A stretch of 64,000 nt of DNA from Dehalococcoidia bacterium (lineage in GTDB: Bacteria; Chloroflexota; Dehalococcoidia; Bin125), in contig OZ241982.1 of the NCBI GenBank assembly GCA_965204335.1, forward strand, positions 2,815,956-2,879,955. Reading direction: 5' to 3'. Shown here piece by piece: positions 55,464-64,000 of this stretch (its first letter is position 1; each line of letters opens with the position of its first letter). The notes beneath the pieces are model-generated. The model made no database searches. It was not told where the DNA came from and was given only the letters and a program-made list of their open reading frames with translations. Both the position numbers and the translations under genes were made by a program.

Positions 55464-57563
55464 ATGTCCCTCGTCAGCCGACCGTCCAGACGCTTCGGAA
55501 CCCGGTCGGCCCATCTCTTCTGGCGTCTGCCGCTGGTCGGTCGAGTTCGCGTCCCGCGCAACCTGGCGCCGCTGCTGCTGGCGGTCGCGGTCGGACTCGC
55601 GGCGGGATTCGCAGCGGTCGCGCTCACGGCCGTCGTCGACGGTTTGACGATGGTCTTCGACGAGTTGACCGCGCTGCTCGACGATCTGGCTGGCGGCTGG
55701 ACGCTCATGCTGGTGCCGGCGATCGCCGCCATTCCGGTGGCGTTCGTCGTCTCGCGCGTCGCCTCGGAATCGCAGGGCGCCGGAGTGCCCTATGTGATGG
55801 TTGCGGTCGAGCGCGCCGGCGGGTTTGTCCGGCCGATCATCGCGCCGGCCAAGCTGGTCGCGACCGGATTCACGCTCGGAGGCGGCGGCGCGGCCGGACG
55901 TGAGGGTCCCATCGTTCTGATTGCAGCGTCCCTGGCCTCGACGATCGGTCGCCTGACCCGGCAGCCCTCGGACATGCTGGTGCTGATGGTCGCGGCCGCG
56001 GCGGCGGGCGGCATCTCGGCGACCTTCCACACGCCGATCGCCGGCACGTTCTTCGCGCTGGAGGTGGTGCTGCGCCGGTTCAACGTGCGCAATTTTACGA
56101 TCGTGGTCGTCGCCGCGGTCGTCGCCAACATTGTCGCCGTCGCGTTCTACGGCGACTCCACCGGCCTCGACCTGTCCGACTTCGACATCAACAGCAGTTG
56201 GGAACTGTTCCTGCATGCCATTGTCGGCATCTCGGCGGCGATCGCCGGGATCCTGTTCGTGCGAACCCGTTTCTTCACCGAGGACGTGTTCGAGTTCCTC
56301 GGCGTGTCGATGTCGGTTCGGCCGATTCTCGGCCTGTTCGGTGTGGGCGTGCTGGCGTTGATCGAGTCGAACATCCTTGGCTCCGGACTCGACCAGATCC
56401 GCATTTTCGCCGAGGGCGAGACGGCCGTCTCGACGCTGGCGATCCTGATGGTGCTCAAGTTGATCGCCGCCTCGCTCACGATTGGGTCGGGCGCGTCCGG
56501 CGGCGCGTTCGCTCCGTTGTTGTTCGTCGGCGCAACGTTGGGCGCGCTGATGGGGGCCGGGTTCGAGTCGGCGCTGCCGAGCATCGTCGGACCGACCGGC
56601 ACGTATGTCGTCGTGGGCATGGCGGCGGTCTTCGCCGCCGCTGCGCGCGCGCCGCTGACGTCGCTGTTCATCGTCTTCGAGCTCAGCGGATACTCCCTGA
56701 TCCTGCCGCTGATGACGGCCGTTGCGCTCGCCGCGGCGCTGGCCCAGTTACTGACTCGCGACACGATCTACAACGTCCGTCTGCGCCGGGCGGGACTCGA
56801 TGTGCAGGAGGAATCCGCGCCCTCGCCGCTGGACGATCTCACCGTCGCCACAACGATGCGCACGGACACGCCGATCGTCTCGAGGCTGGCGACGATCGAA
56901 GACCTGGCCAACGCCATGAGTCAGTCGCGAGGCAACGTGGTCGCGGTCGCCGACCAGCGCAACCGGTTCATCGGACTGGTCACGGCGACCGACGTGGCCT
57001 CGGCGGTCGAACGCGGCGAGATGAACCGACGGGCGTTCGACCTCGCGGTCGTGGCGCCGGTCTTCGTTCACCCCGACGACAACCTGCGCTACGCGCTCTC
57101 GGTGCTGGTCGAGCACGACGTTCGCCAGTTGCCGGTGGTCGCACGGGAGGACGAGTCGCGCTTGATGGGCATGCTGACGCAACGCGACGTGCTGAGAGAA
57201 GTCGCCCAGCCGAGCGACCGCGACGCAGGTCAGCGGACCGCGCCGGCGCCGGTCCGCCGACTGGTCGGCGCGATCGAGATCGAGGCGCGAGTCGAACCCG
57301 GCTCGCAGGCCGAATCGAGCATGGTCTCGCAATTGCCGCTGCCCGAAGCCTCGGTGATCACCGCGATTCACCGGCGCGGCGAGATCGTCATTCCCAGAGG
57401 CAACGTGAAGCTGCTGGCGAACGACCTCGCGATCGTGCTGTCCGTGCCGCCCGAGGAAGCGACGGTGCGCGCGCTGTTCATCAATCACTCCACGCAGTCG
57501 CGCAACAACTGGTGGTTCCTGCCCCACGCTCCATCCTCACCCGACGACGAGTCGCGGAGTTGA
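55464..57563 (+). CDS. ClC-family chloride channel/transporter with CBS pair and TrkA-C domain
   Basis: GAGVP, GREGP, GASGGAFAP, TIY; two CBS repeats; I.R.G...IPRG. Confidence 0.92.
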   Translation: MSLVSRPSRRFGTRSAHLFWRLPLVGRVRVPRNLAPLLLAVAVGLAAGFAAVALTAVVDGLTMVFDELTALLDDLAGGWTLMLVPAIAAIPVAFVVSRVASESQGAGVPYVMVAVERAGGFVRPIIAPAKLVATGFTLGGGGAAGREGPIVLIAASLASTIGRLTRQPSDMLVLMVAAAAAGGISATFHTPIAGTFFALEVVLRRFNVRNFTIVVVAAVVANIVAVAFYGDSTGLDLSDFDINSSWELFLHAIVGISAAIAGILFVRTRFFTEDVFEFLGVSMSVRPILGLFGVGVLALIESNILGSGLDQIRIFAEGETAVSTLAILMVLKLIAASLTIGSGASGGAFAPLLFVGATLGALMGAGFESALPSIVGPTGTYVVVGMAAVFAAAARAPLTSLFIVFELSGYSLILPLMTAVALAAALAQLLTRDTIYNVRLRRAGLDVQEESAPSPLDDLTVATTMRTDTPIVSRLATIEDLANAMSQSRGNVVAVADQRNRFIGLVTATDVASAVERGEMNRRAFDLAVVAPVFVHPDDNLRYALSVLVEHDVRQLPVVAREDESRLMGMLTQRDVLREVAQPSDRDAGQRTAPAPVRRLVGAIEIEARVEPGSQAESSMVSQLPLPEASVITAIHRRGEIVIPRGNVKLLANDLAIVLSVPPEEATVRALFINHSTQSRNNWWFLPHAPSSPDDESRS

Positions 57564-57612
57564 GCGCTCGCAGGCGAGCCTGCCAATCGGCGGGGAGCCT
57601 AGAATCCGTTGC

Positions 57613-58023
57613 ATGGCGCGACTGTTCACGCTCTCCCAGGCCCGACGGTCCCTGCCGGAGATTGCCGCCGTGGTGACCGTGATGCGCAAACGGGCGCTGC
57701 GGCTCGACGAACTCTCGGCCCTCTCGGCCTCGATGAGTCGCACGATGAGCGCGGACGGCGACGCGGTGGTCAATGAAGACTCGGAGATTCGGGCGGAGAT
57801 CTCGAAGCTGGAGGGGCAGATTGCGACCCTGCTCGAGCACATCCAGCGCCAGGGGGTGGAGGTCAAAGACATCAGGCGCGGCCTGATCGACTGGCGGGCG
57901 GAGCGGGACGGCCGCGAGGTCTACCTGTGCTGGCAGTACGGCGAGCGGACGGTGAGCTGGTGGCACGAACTGGCCGACGGGTTCGCCGGTCGCCAGCCGA
58001 TCGTCGCCTCCGAGTGGACCTGA
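57613..58023 (+). CDS. DUF2203 family protein
   Basis: FT...A...LP, GVEVKD...GLID, VYLCW..GE.....WH....GFAGR. Confidence 0.9.
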   Translation: MARLFTLSQARRSLPEIAAVVTVMRKRALRLDELSALSASMSRTMSADGDAVVNEDSEIRAEISKLEGQIATLLEHIQRQGVEVKDIRRGLIDWRAERDGREVYLCWQYGERTVSWWHELADGFAGRQPIVASEWT

Positions 58024-58033
58024 GGCGGCACCC

Positions 58034-58807
58034 ATGCCTCACCACCGAACGCTGGCGCCGCCGCTGCGGCCGGGCGGCGAGCTGCCGGTCATCCATCGGG
58101 AGCTGCAAGGGCACTACGACGCCCTCTACGACCTGCTCCTGCACGGACGCGCGCCGCGCGAGGCCCGGCCGGTCCTCGATGTGGGAACCGGCGACGGGCT
58201 CGCCCTGGCGGCCATCACGATGGGCACACCGCTTCACGGCGTTGCGATCGACGCGGCTTCACCCGGACACTGGCTGGGGCCGGACGAGTGGAGCGTCGTG
58301 CGCGCCGACGCCCAGCGGCTGCCCTTCGCCGATCGGAGCTTCAACTCGGCGCTGATGGTCGATGTGTTCGAGTGGCTGCGACATCCGGCGGCCACACTGG
58401 GCGAGATTGCGCGGGTGACGGGCGGCCCGATCCTGCTGGTACAGACCGACTGGGAAGGGCTCTGGTTCCAGGTCGACGAGGCGGAGAACGGCCGCGACCT
58501 GGTCCGCGCGTACACCAAGGGCGCGCCCGAGAATCTGCGCGGCAGGATTCGGGCTGGCGGCGAGGAGGCGGGCCTGTCCGTCGAAGCGATCTCAAACGTC
58601 ACGATCAGCACCGACAGCCTGCAGCCGGGCACGCTGGCCTGGGACACGCTGGAATCGATCCGGCGCTACCTGGTGCTGGAATCGGCCCAGATCCGGGCCC
58701 GCCGATTCGACGACTGGCGTCGCGAGCTGCAACACGCGGAGTCCGAGGGTCAGTTCGCGATGCTGGTCAGGAGGGTCGTCGCGCTGCTCAACCGAAACGG
58801 CGGCTAA
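58034..58807 (+). CDS. Class I SAM-dependent methyltransferase
   Basis: VLDVGTGDG, ADAQRLPFADRSF, TDW. Confidence 0.88.
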   Translation: MPHHRTLAPPLRPGGELPVIHRELQGHYDALYDLLLHGRAPREARPVLDVGTGDGLALAAITMGTPLHGVAIDAASPGHWLGPDEWSVVRADAQRLPFADRSFNSALMVDVFEWLRHPAATLGEIARVTGGPILLVQTDWEGLWFQVDEAENGRDLVRAYTKGAPENLRGRIRAGGEEAGLSVEAISNVTISTDSLQPGTLAWDTLESIRRYLVLESAQIRARRFDDWRRELQHAESEGQFAMLVRRVVALLNRNGG

Positions 58808-58811
58808 CGGA

Positions 58812-59711
58812 TCAGCGGCGCTTCCGCGACGATCCGTGGGTGTGGCCCGCGCGGTGCTCGTGCTCGTCCATGTGGAGTTGCATCTCATCGGCGAGGCGCA
58901 GCGTGTGGTGCTCGTGCGGTTCCTCGTCGTCGCCATGAACGTCGCCGCGGGAGAAGATCGCCAGTTCGCGCCCGAAGGTGCGGCGCAACACGCTCTCGGT
59001 CAGGACCTCGGTGGGAACGCCCTGAGCCACGATCCCGCCTTCGGCGGTATTGACGCAGATCACCTCGGAATAGTGCTCGATCACGGTTGACAGGTCGTGC
59101 GTCGTCATGATTACCGATGTGCCGAGTTCCGTGAGCTCGCAGAGCACGTCGAAGAGCTGGTCGTCCGAGACCGCGTCAAGCGCAGCGGAGGGTTCGTCGA
59201 GCAGCAGGATCCTGGGCTGCCGCGCCAACGCCCGTGCGATCAGGGCGCGCTTGCGCTGCCCGCCGGAGAGCTCCTGGATCTGCCGCTCCTGCAGGTCCTG
59301 CACATCCATCATCTCCAGCGCACGGTCGACGGCGATGCGATCATCCTGCGAACGGATCAGGCGGCCGATGCGGCGCGTCCAACTGAATTGGTAGCGGCCC
59401 ATTTCGACGAGTTCACGGACGGTGATCGGAAAGCGCCAATCGACGTTGCTGACCTGCGGCATGTAGCCCAGGAATGCTCGCGCCTCGGTCGGCGACTGGC
59501 CGCCGACCGTGACTTCCCCGTCCGAGGGCGTCAGCAGTCCGGCGATCGTCTTGAGCAACGTGCTCTTGCCCGAACCGTTGCCCCCGATGATGCCGGTAAA
59601 GACGCCGCCGGGGATGGTCAGCGACAGGTGCTCAAACACCTGAAGGTCCCGATAGCCCACCGTGACATCGCGCAGCGCCACGTCGGCGCCGGTCACTCGA
59701 GCAATCGTCAT
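58812..59711 (-). CDS. Metal ABC transporter ATP-binding protein (ZnuC/MntA-like) with His-rich tail
   Basis: GGNGSGKST, GYMPQ...DWRFPITV, LSGGQ, LLLDEP, HD; tail HEHH...HEHRAGHTH. Confidence 0.9.
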   Translation of the reverse strand: MTIARVTGADVALRDVTVGYRDLQVFEHLSLTIPGGVFTGIIGGNGSGKSTLLKTIAGLLTPSDGEVTVGGQSPTEARAFLGYMPQVSNVDWRFPITVRELVEMGRYQFSWTRRIGRLIRSQDDRIAVDRALEMMDVQDLQERQIQELSGGQRKRALIARALARQPRILLLDEPSAALDAVSDDQLFDVLCELTELGTSVIMTTHDLSTVIEHYSEVICVNTAEGGIVAQGVPTEVLTESVLRRTFGRELAIFSRGDVHGDDEEPHEHHTLRLADEMQLHMDEHEHRAGHTHGSSRKRR

Positions 59712-59769
59712 TTCGCTTCCCGACCAGGCGGCGCACAGTCGATGGCGGCTCGCTGATAGCCTCAATTAC

Positions 59770-60666
59770 ATGCCAAGCGTAGTTGATGCGACCGACACTG
59801 AACTCGATCTTGAACGTCCGGCGCGCGAGATCGTCTCGCTTGTCCCGTCGTTTACCGAGCTGATCTGCTCGATGCGGCTCGGATCGCGGCTGGTCGGCGT
59901 GACCAGGTTCTGCGTCGAGCCGGCCGAAGTCACGAATGCGATTCGCAAGGTCGGCGGGACCAAGAACCCGGATGTCGAGCGAATCATCGGGCTCAACCCG
60001 CAACTCGTACTCGCCAATCGCGAGGAGAACAACGAGGAGGATGTCGCCGAGCTGCGCAAGGCCGGGCTCAACGTGTATGTCGGCGACGTGCGCACCGCCG
60101 AAGAGGCGAAAGATGAGATCGAGAAGGTGGCCCAGCTTGTCGGTGGGATCACGCTGAAGATCGGGGATCGGCTCGATGAGGCGCTGGAGGAACAGCGTCA
60201 CGTCCAGCGGCTGAGACCGCGCGTTCGCGCGGCGGCGTTGATCTGGCGCAATCCCTACATGGCCGCTTCGGGCGACACCTACATCGGCGACCTGCTCCGC
60301 GTGTGCGGGGCGATCAACGTCTGCGAGGAGTCGACGCGCGGGCGCTATCCGCGTCTGCAGTTGACCGAATTGATTGATCTGGATCCCGACGTCATGCTGC
60401 TGCCCTCCGAGCCGTATCGATTCCGCGAGCGGCACGCCGAGGAACTGCTCGCCCAGCACGGCATGTCGGCGGCGCGCAACGGGCACGTGTATCTCTGCGA
60501 CGGTCAGAACCTGACCTGGTGGGGCGTGCGAACGGCGGCCGCGATCAGCGAGGTCTCGGGTCTGCTGGACCGGGCGCGAGCCGGCTGGCAGGCCGAGGCG
60601 GCAATGGTCCCCGAGCTGCCGCCGGGATTGAATCTGAATGTGACCCAACAGGATGTGGTCGAGTAG
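59770..60666 (+). CDS. Helical-backbone metal receptor (BtuF-like) without signal peptide
   Basis: IVSLVPSFTE, VGVTRFC, VGGTKNPD, NREEN, SEPYRF, DG..L.WWG.R. Confidence 0.88.
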   Translation: MPSVVDATDTELDLERPAREIVSLVPSFTELICSMRLGSRLVGVTRFCVEPAEVTNAIRKVGGTKNPDVERIIGLNPQLVLANREENNEEDVAELRKAGLNVYVGDVRTAEEAKDEIEKVAQLVGGITLKIGDRLDEALEEQRHVQRLRPRVRAAALIWRNPYMAASGDTYIGDLLRVCGAINVCEESTRGRYPRLQLTELIDLDPDVMLLPSEPYRFRERHAEELLAQHGMSAARNGHVYLCDGQNLTWWGVRTAAAISEVSGLLDRARAGWQAEAAMVPELPPGLNLNVTQQDVVE

Positions 60667-60674
60667 AGAACTGG

Positions 60675-61505
60675 CTACAGCGGTCGACCGCTATCGAGCA
60701 TCAGGGCTCTGGCGGCGATCTGGGCGGCGAGGACGGCGGCGGTGGTGAGGTAGAGCAGGCCGGTCGCGGCCATCATCGAGCGCATCCGGGCGGTCGTCCA
60801 GGCCATCCAACCAAACAACAGCGTCAGACCGAATCCGATCACGATTCGCAACCAGAAGGTGGGGTCGCTGCTCAGCGAACGGTCTCGGCCACCGACCGGA
60901 TCGTCGATCGAGACCGCCAGCGCCACGCCGAAAAGCACGGCCTGTACCACGACGACGACGAGAAAGGCCGTGGTGATCTCGACCAGCGGCCGGGCCGGGA
61001 GTCGCGGCGTCACGAGGTACCAGTGCCCGAGCGCCAGCCCGACCGCCGAGAGGCCCAGCGCCAGTGCGCCGAAGCTCAGGCTGAGCGCCGTGAGCGCCTC
61101 GGGTGAGCCGGCGAGCGTGACGGCCATGAGTCCCAGGGCAGCCAGCGAGAGGCCGCTCAGCGCCCATCCGATCCGCCGCGCCCAGGCGTCGCGGTCGGTG
61201 TAGAGCGCGACGTTGTGCAGGACGGAGACGGCGGTCAGCGCGGCGAGCACCCAGACGAGGACATCCCGCGGACCGGAGCGAACGGCGAAGCCTTCGACCA
61301 GGTCGCCCTCGAGCGTGAACGCGGTCCAGAACGCGAGACCCAGCACGATCGGGACCATGATCGTCGTGGCGCGGACGAAGCCGGGCGTCGCCTGACCGCG
61401 CAGATGCACGGCGTGCATCACGAGCGCGCCGCCGACGCCCAACTCCAGCAGCAGGAGCAACAGCGTGTACGGCAATGCTCCCGAAGCCACCACGGAATCC
61501 GTCAC
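60675..61505 (-). CDS. Polytopic membrane protein, function unknown
   Basis: About 8 hydrophobic segments; LGHWYL..P and ATGLLY motifs. Confidence 0.78.
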   Translation of the reverse strand: MTDSVVASGALPYTLLLLLLELGVGGALVMHAVHLRGQATPGFVRATTIMVPIVLGLAFWTAFTLEGDLVEGFAVRSGPRDVLVWVLAALTAVSVLHNVALYTDRDAWARRIGWALSGLSLAALGLMAVTLAGSPEALTALSLSFGALALGLSAVGLALGHWYLVTPRLPARPLVEITTAFLVVVVVQAVLFGVALAVSIDDPVGGRDRSLSSDPTFWLRIVIGFGLTLLFGWMAWTTARMRSMMAATGLLYLTTAAVLAAQIAARALMLDSGRPL

Positions 61506-61511
61506 CGCCGA

Positions 61512-61724
61512 CTACGACCCCAGCTTTAAGAGCAGGACCGTGCGCCGCAGACCCTCGTCGCCGATTTCCACCTGCACGCTGAGCACGCGGTAGCGATCAT
61601 CGCGTCCGCCGCGGCGGAAGCGCAGGATGTCGCCCTTGCTCCACGGGTAGTCCGTCTCCAACGTGTCGAGCAGCACTTCGCGCCGCTCGGTGAAGGTGTC
61701 CGACTCCCAGAACTCCGTCAGCAT
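61512..61724 (-). CDS. Small hypothetical protein (70 aa)
   Basis: GGGAGG RBS; fits operon spacing with the downstream membrane gene. Confidence 0.65.
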   Translation of the reverse strand: MLTEFWESDTFTERREVLLDTLETDYPWSKGDILRFRRGGRDDRYRVLSVQVEIGDEGLRRTVLLLKLGS

Positions 61725-61811
61725 CGCAACCCTCCCGCGACAGACGTACCGACCTATCGTAGCCCACGGTCTCCCCTCGACTGAGGCGCTCCATGTGCCA
61801 GAATGTCGGGC

Positions 61812-62288
61812 ATGAGCGACAGCGAAACCTCCCGACGCTGGTTGATGAAGGCGCTACGCGAGGCGTCCAGCGAAATGCACGAGCTGATGATGCGCGCCCT
61901 GCGCAGGTCGATGCCGGACGCGGAGGCGCTGATCGAACGCGCCTGGCGACATGAGACGATCGCGGCGTGGCAACTCGGACATCTACTCTTCCAGGATGTC
62001 GACGACCTGCCACTGCACGACTACGAGTGGCTGGAGCAGGTCAGCGTGCCGGACTGTTACGAGCAGCTTCGCGAGTGGTACCACACGCGCGAGCAGATCT
62101 CGGGCGTGCTGTACATGATCTCGCCGTTCGAGTGGGAGCAGACGGCCAATCATCGGTTCCAGGGGGAGCTGAGCGTGGAGTCGATCGCCCGCTCGATGCA
62201 TCAGACGGATCTGGAGATCCTGAACACGCTGCGGGCGCAGCAGGAGATGGACGACGCTCGCTCTCCCTCTGGGAGAGGGCTGGGGTGA
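61812..62288 (+). CDS. DinB-like four-helix-bundle protein (degenerate)
   Basis: W.Q.A.H...GELSV..IA...HQ.D..I pattern; last codons and stop supplied by a family-A repeat. Confidence 0.6.
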   Translation: MSDSETSRRWLMKALREASSEMHELMMRALRRSMPDAEALIERAWRHETIAAWQLGHLLFQDVDDLPLHDYEWLEQVSVPDCYEQLREWYHTREQISGVLYMISPFEWEQTANHRFQGELSVESIARSMHQTDLEILNTLRAQQEMDDARSPSGRGLG

Positions 62289-62343
62289 GGGTCCGGCCGG
62301 GCTACGGAGGGCCCTCACCCTCACCCTCTCCGTCGGGGAGAGT
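62261..62343. repeat. Inverted pair of family-A repeats (BIME-like)
   Basis: Minus copy 62261-62291 and plus copy 62312-62343 between convergent genes. Confidence 0.82.
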
Positions 62344-62358
62344 GGATCGGACGCGGAA

Positions 62359-63237
62359 TCAATGGACGGACCAGCCCAGCGCCGAGGCCACCTCCGACGC
62401 GGCGCGGGCGAAGTTCATCGTGTAGATGTGCAGGCCCGGGGCTCCGCGATCGAGCAGTTCTCGGCCCAGATTGACCGCGACTTCAACGCCGATTTCTCTC
62501 CGCTCAGCGGCGGTCGAGGCTTGTTCCAGTCGTTCTCGGATGGCGGTTGGAAACTCGGTGGCGTTGAGCGCGGACATGCGCTCGATGCCCTGGACGTTGG
62601 TCGGCGGCATGATGCCGGCGATGACCGGGGTTTGTACTCCTCGGGCGTCAAGCTGCTCGACGAACTGCTCGTAGTACTCGGCCCGGTAGAAGAACTGGGT
62701 GATGGCGAAGTCGGCCCGGGCGAGCTTCTTCGACTGATGGGCGAGGTCGGCCTCAACCGACGCGGCCATCGGGTGGCCTTCGGGATGGGCGGCGACACCG
62801 ATATCCCAGTCGGCTCGTTCGCGGATGAAATCGGCCAGTTCGGCGGCGGTCTCGAAGGCATGGACCCCCCCCTCGCCGGAGGGGGGGAGCGGGGAGGTGG
62901 ATTGCGGGAGGTCGCCGCGAAGGGCGAGGATGTTCTCGACGTTGTCGGACTGGTAGTCCTTGATGATGGCGGCGATTTCGTCGCGGGAGTGCGCGACGCA
63001 GGTGAGGTGGGGCATGGCCTCGACGTGGAAGTCGTCGCGGATGGTCTGGACCCAGTCTCGAGTCGGCCCTCGGGTCGTTCCGCCGGCGCCGTAGGTGACG
63101 GACATGAACTGGGGACGGTGTCGGGAGAGGCGGGTGAGGGTCCGGGTCAGGCGTTCGGCCCCGGCGTCGTCGCGGGGCGCGGAGAATTCGAAGGACAACG
63201 TTTGGCCCGCATCAAGCAGTTGCGTGATGCGGGCCAT
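62359..63237 (-). CDS. metF: 5,10-methylenetetrahydrofolate reductase
   Basis: SFEF..P, SVTYGAGG, PHLTC, ILALRGD, A.HPEGHP, ITQFF, GLHIYTMN. Confidence 0.95.
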   Translation of the reverse strand: MARITQLLDAGQTLSFEFSAPRDDAGAERLTRTLTRLSRHRPQFMSVTYGAGGTTRGPTRDWVQTIRDDFHVEAMPHLTCVAHSRDEIAAIIKDYQSDNVENILALRGDLPQSTSPLPPSGEGGVHAFETAAELADFIRERADWDIGVAAHPEGHPMAASVEADLAHQSKKLARADFAITQFFYRAEYYEQFVEQLDARGVQTPVIAGIMPPTNVQGIERMSALNATEFPTAIRERLEQASTAAERREIGVEVAVNLGRELLDRGAPGLHIYTMNFARAASEVASALGWSVH

Positions 63238-63247
63238 TCGCACTCAC

Positions 63248-63289
63248 CGTCATTCCCGCGCAGGCGGGAATCCACCCGCGAAGCGGGAA
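63248..63289 (+). repeat. dRS3/REP-like palindrome CGTCATTCCCGCGCAGGCGGGAATCC plus partial second copy
   Basis: ATTCCC-N8-GGGAAT core followed by CCCGCGAAGCGGGAA. Confidence 0.8.
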
Positions 63290-63305
63290 CTCTGAGCTTG
63301 GAAAT

Positions 63306-63689
63306 CTAGATGCAGGAGCGGGCTTGCGAAGCGCCTTCGCCGCCGGCCGTGTCAAAGCTCGATCCGCAGGCGCAGGAGTGCGACGCGTTCGGATTCGAGA
63401 TCGAGAAGCCCTGCTTCATCACGTCGTCGATATAGTCGACGCGCGAGCCGGCGATCAGCGGAGCCGATTCCTCATCGACGAGGAAGCGGACGCCGTTCTT
63501 CTCGATGACCTGGTCGCCGGTTTCGGCGTCCATGGCGAGGGCCATGCCGTACTGGTAGCCGGAGCAGCCGCCGCCGACCACGAAGACGCGCAGCGCGCCC
63601 TCGGCGAAACCCTTGTCCACAAGCAGGGACTTGGCCTTCTCCGCGGCCAGGTCCGACACATCGAGCATTTCAGTCATCTGAAAGACCAT
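63306..63689 (-). CDS. erpA: A-type Fe-S carrier protein (ErpA/IscA/HesB)
   Basis: LRVFVVGGGCSGYQY, NPNA..SCACGSSF. Confidence 0.92.
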   Translation of the reverse strand: MVFQMTEMLDVSDLAAEKAKSLLVDKGFAEGALRVFVVGGGCSGYQYGMALAMDAETGDQVIEKNGVRFLVDEESAPLIAGSRVDYIDDVMKQGFSISNPNASHSCACGSSFDTAGGEGASQARSCI

Positions 63690-63807
63690 CGCGACAGTCC
63701 TCTCAACAGAATGAGTTCACGTCTGAGTGTAGCCGACGTCCACCCTGCCTCGCCAGTGTGCCGCCATCGGCGCCAACGTGGACAGGCTACTCCGTTACTC
63801 TGACCTC

Positions 63808-64000
63808 ATGGAACGTGCATACTTCGACCATGCGGCGACGACGCCTCTGGACCCTCGGGTTCTGGAGGCGATGGTTCCGGCTCTGCAGTACGGCTGGGGG
63901 AACCCTTCCGGGATCTACCGCGAAGCCCAGTACGCAGCAGGCCTGTTGGACCGGGCCCGGGACGATATCGCCGGCGTGTTGGAGTGTTCGCCCTCGGAGG
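63808..64000 (+). CDS. iscS: Cysteine desulfurase (IscS/NifS family), 5' part only
   Basis: MERAYFDHAATTPLDPRVLEAM...WGNPSG; runs off the window. Confidence 0.88.
   Translation, partial: MERAYFDHAATTPLDPRVLEAMVPALQYGWGNPSGIYREAQYAAGLLDRARDDIAGVLECSPSE

Noticed and set aside
56198-57676. 492-aa alternative-frame ORF over the ClC gene
   Set aside because: Arg/Gly/Ala-rich off-frame translation typical of GC3 bias.
6270-63289. CRISPR array
   Set aside because: Repeats are dispersed singly or in pairs with no regular repeat-spacer period, and no cas genes are present.
63238-63305. SAM riboswitch before metF
   Set aside because: The short spacer is occupied by the dRS3-like repeat; no SAM-I consensus elements.

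Overview
GC-rich (roughly 65-70%, by eye) bacterial chromosomal window. The gene content (tandem-domain CoA transferase, luciferase-like monooxygenase, Ltp2-type thiolase with DUF35, DUF1800/DUF1501, NHL protein, FAD halogenase) and an AGAAC-N4-GTTCT box suggest Chloroflexota (Dehalococcoidia/SAR202-like); this is inference. The window holds tRNA-Asp, about 55 CDSs (catabolic enzymes, transporters, mutY-like, a DUF309-dUTPase fusion, fluC, ClC, metF, erpA, partial iscS), three toxin-antitoxin pairs and several dispersed palindromic repeat families, some translated inside genes. The most striking element is an orphan, motif-intact phage terminase large subunit (17058-18455). It faces away from a small gene resembling an HTH-less terminase small subunit (18610-18966), with two LexA-type boxes between them and no other phage genes nearby. 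This could be a domesticated, SOS-controlled DNA packaging/cutting module (GTA-like or anti-phage). Other oddities: two or three genes that seem to need AUC/AUA starts, a MutY lacking its catalytic Glu, and a halogenase with a PqqD/wHTH-like tail. All calls come from motif recognition by eye; no searches were run.
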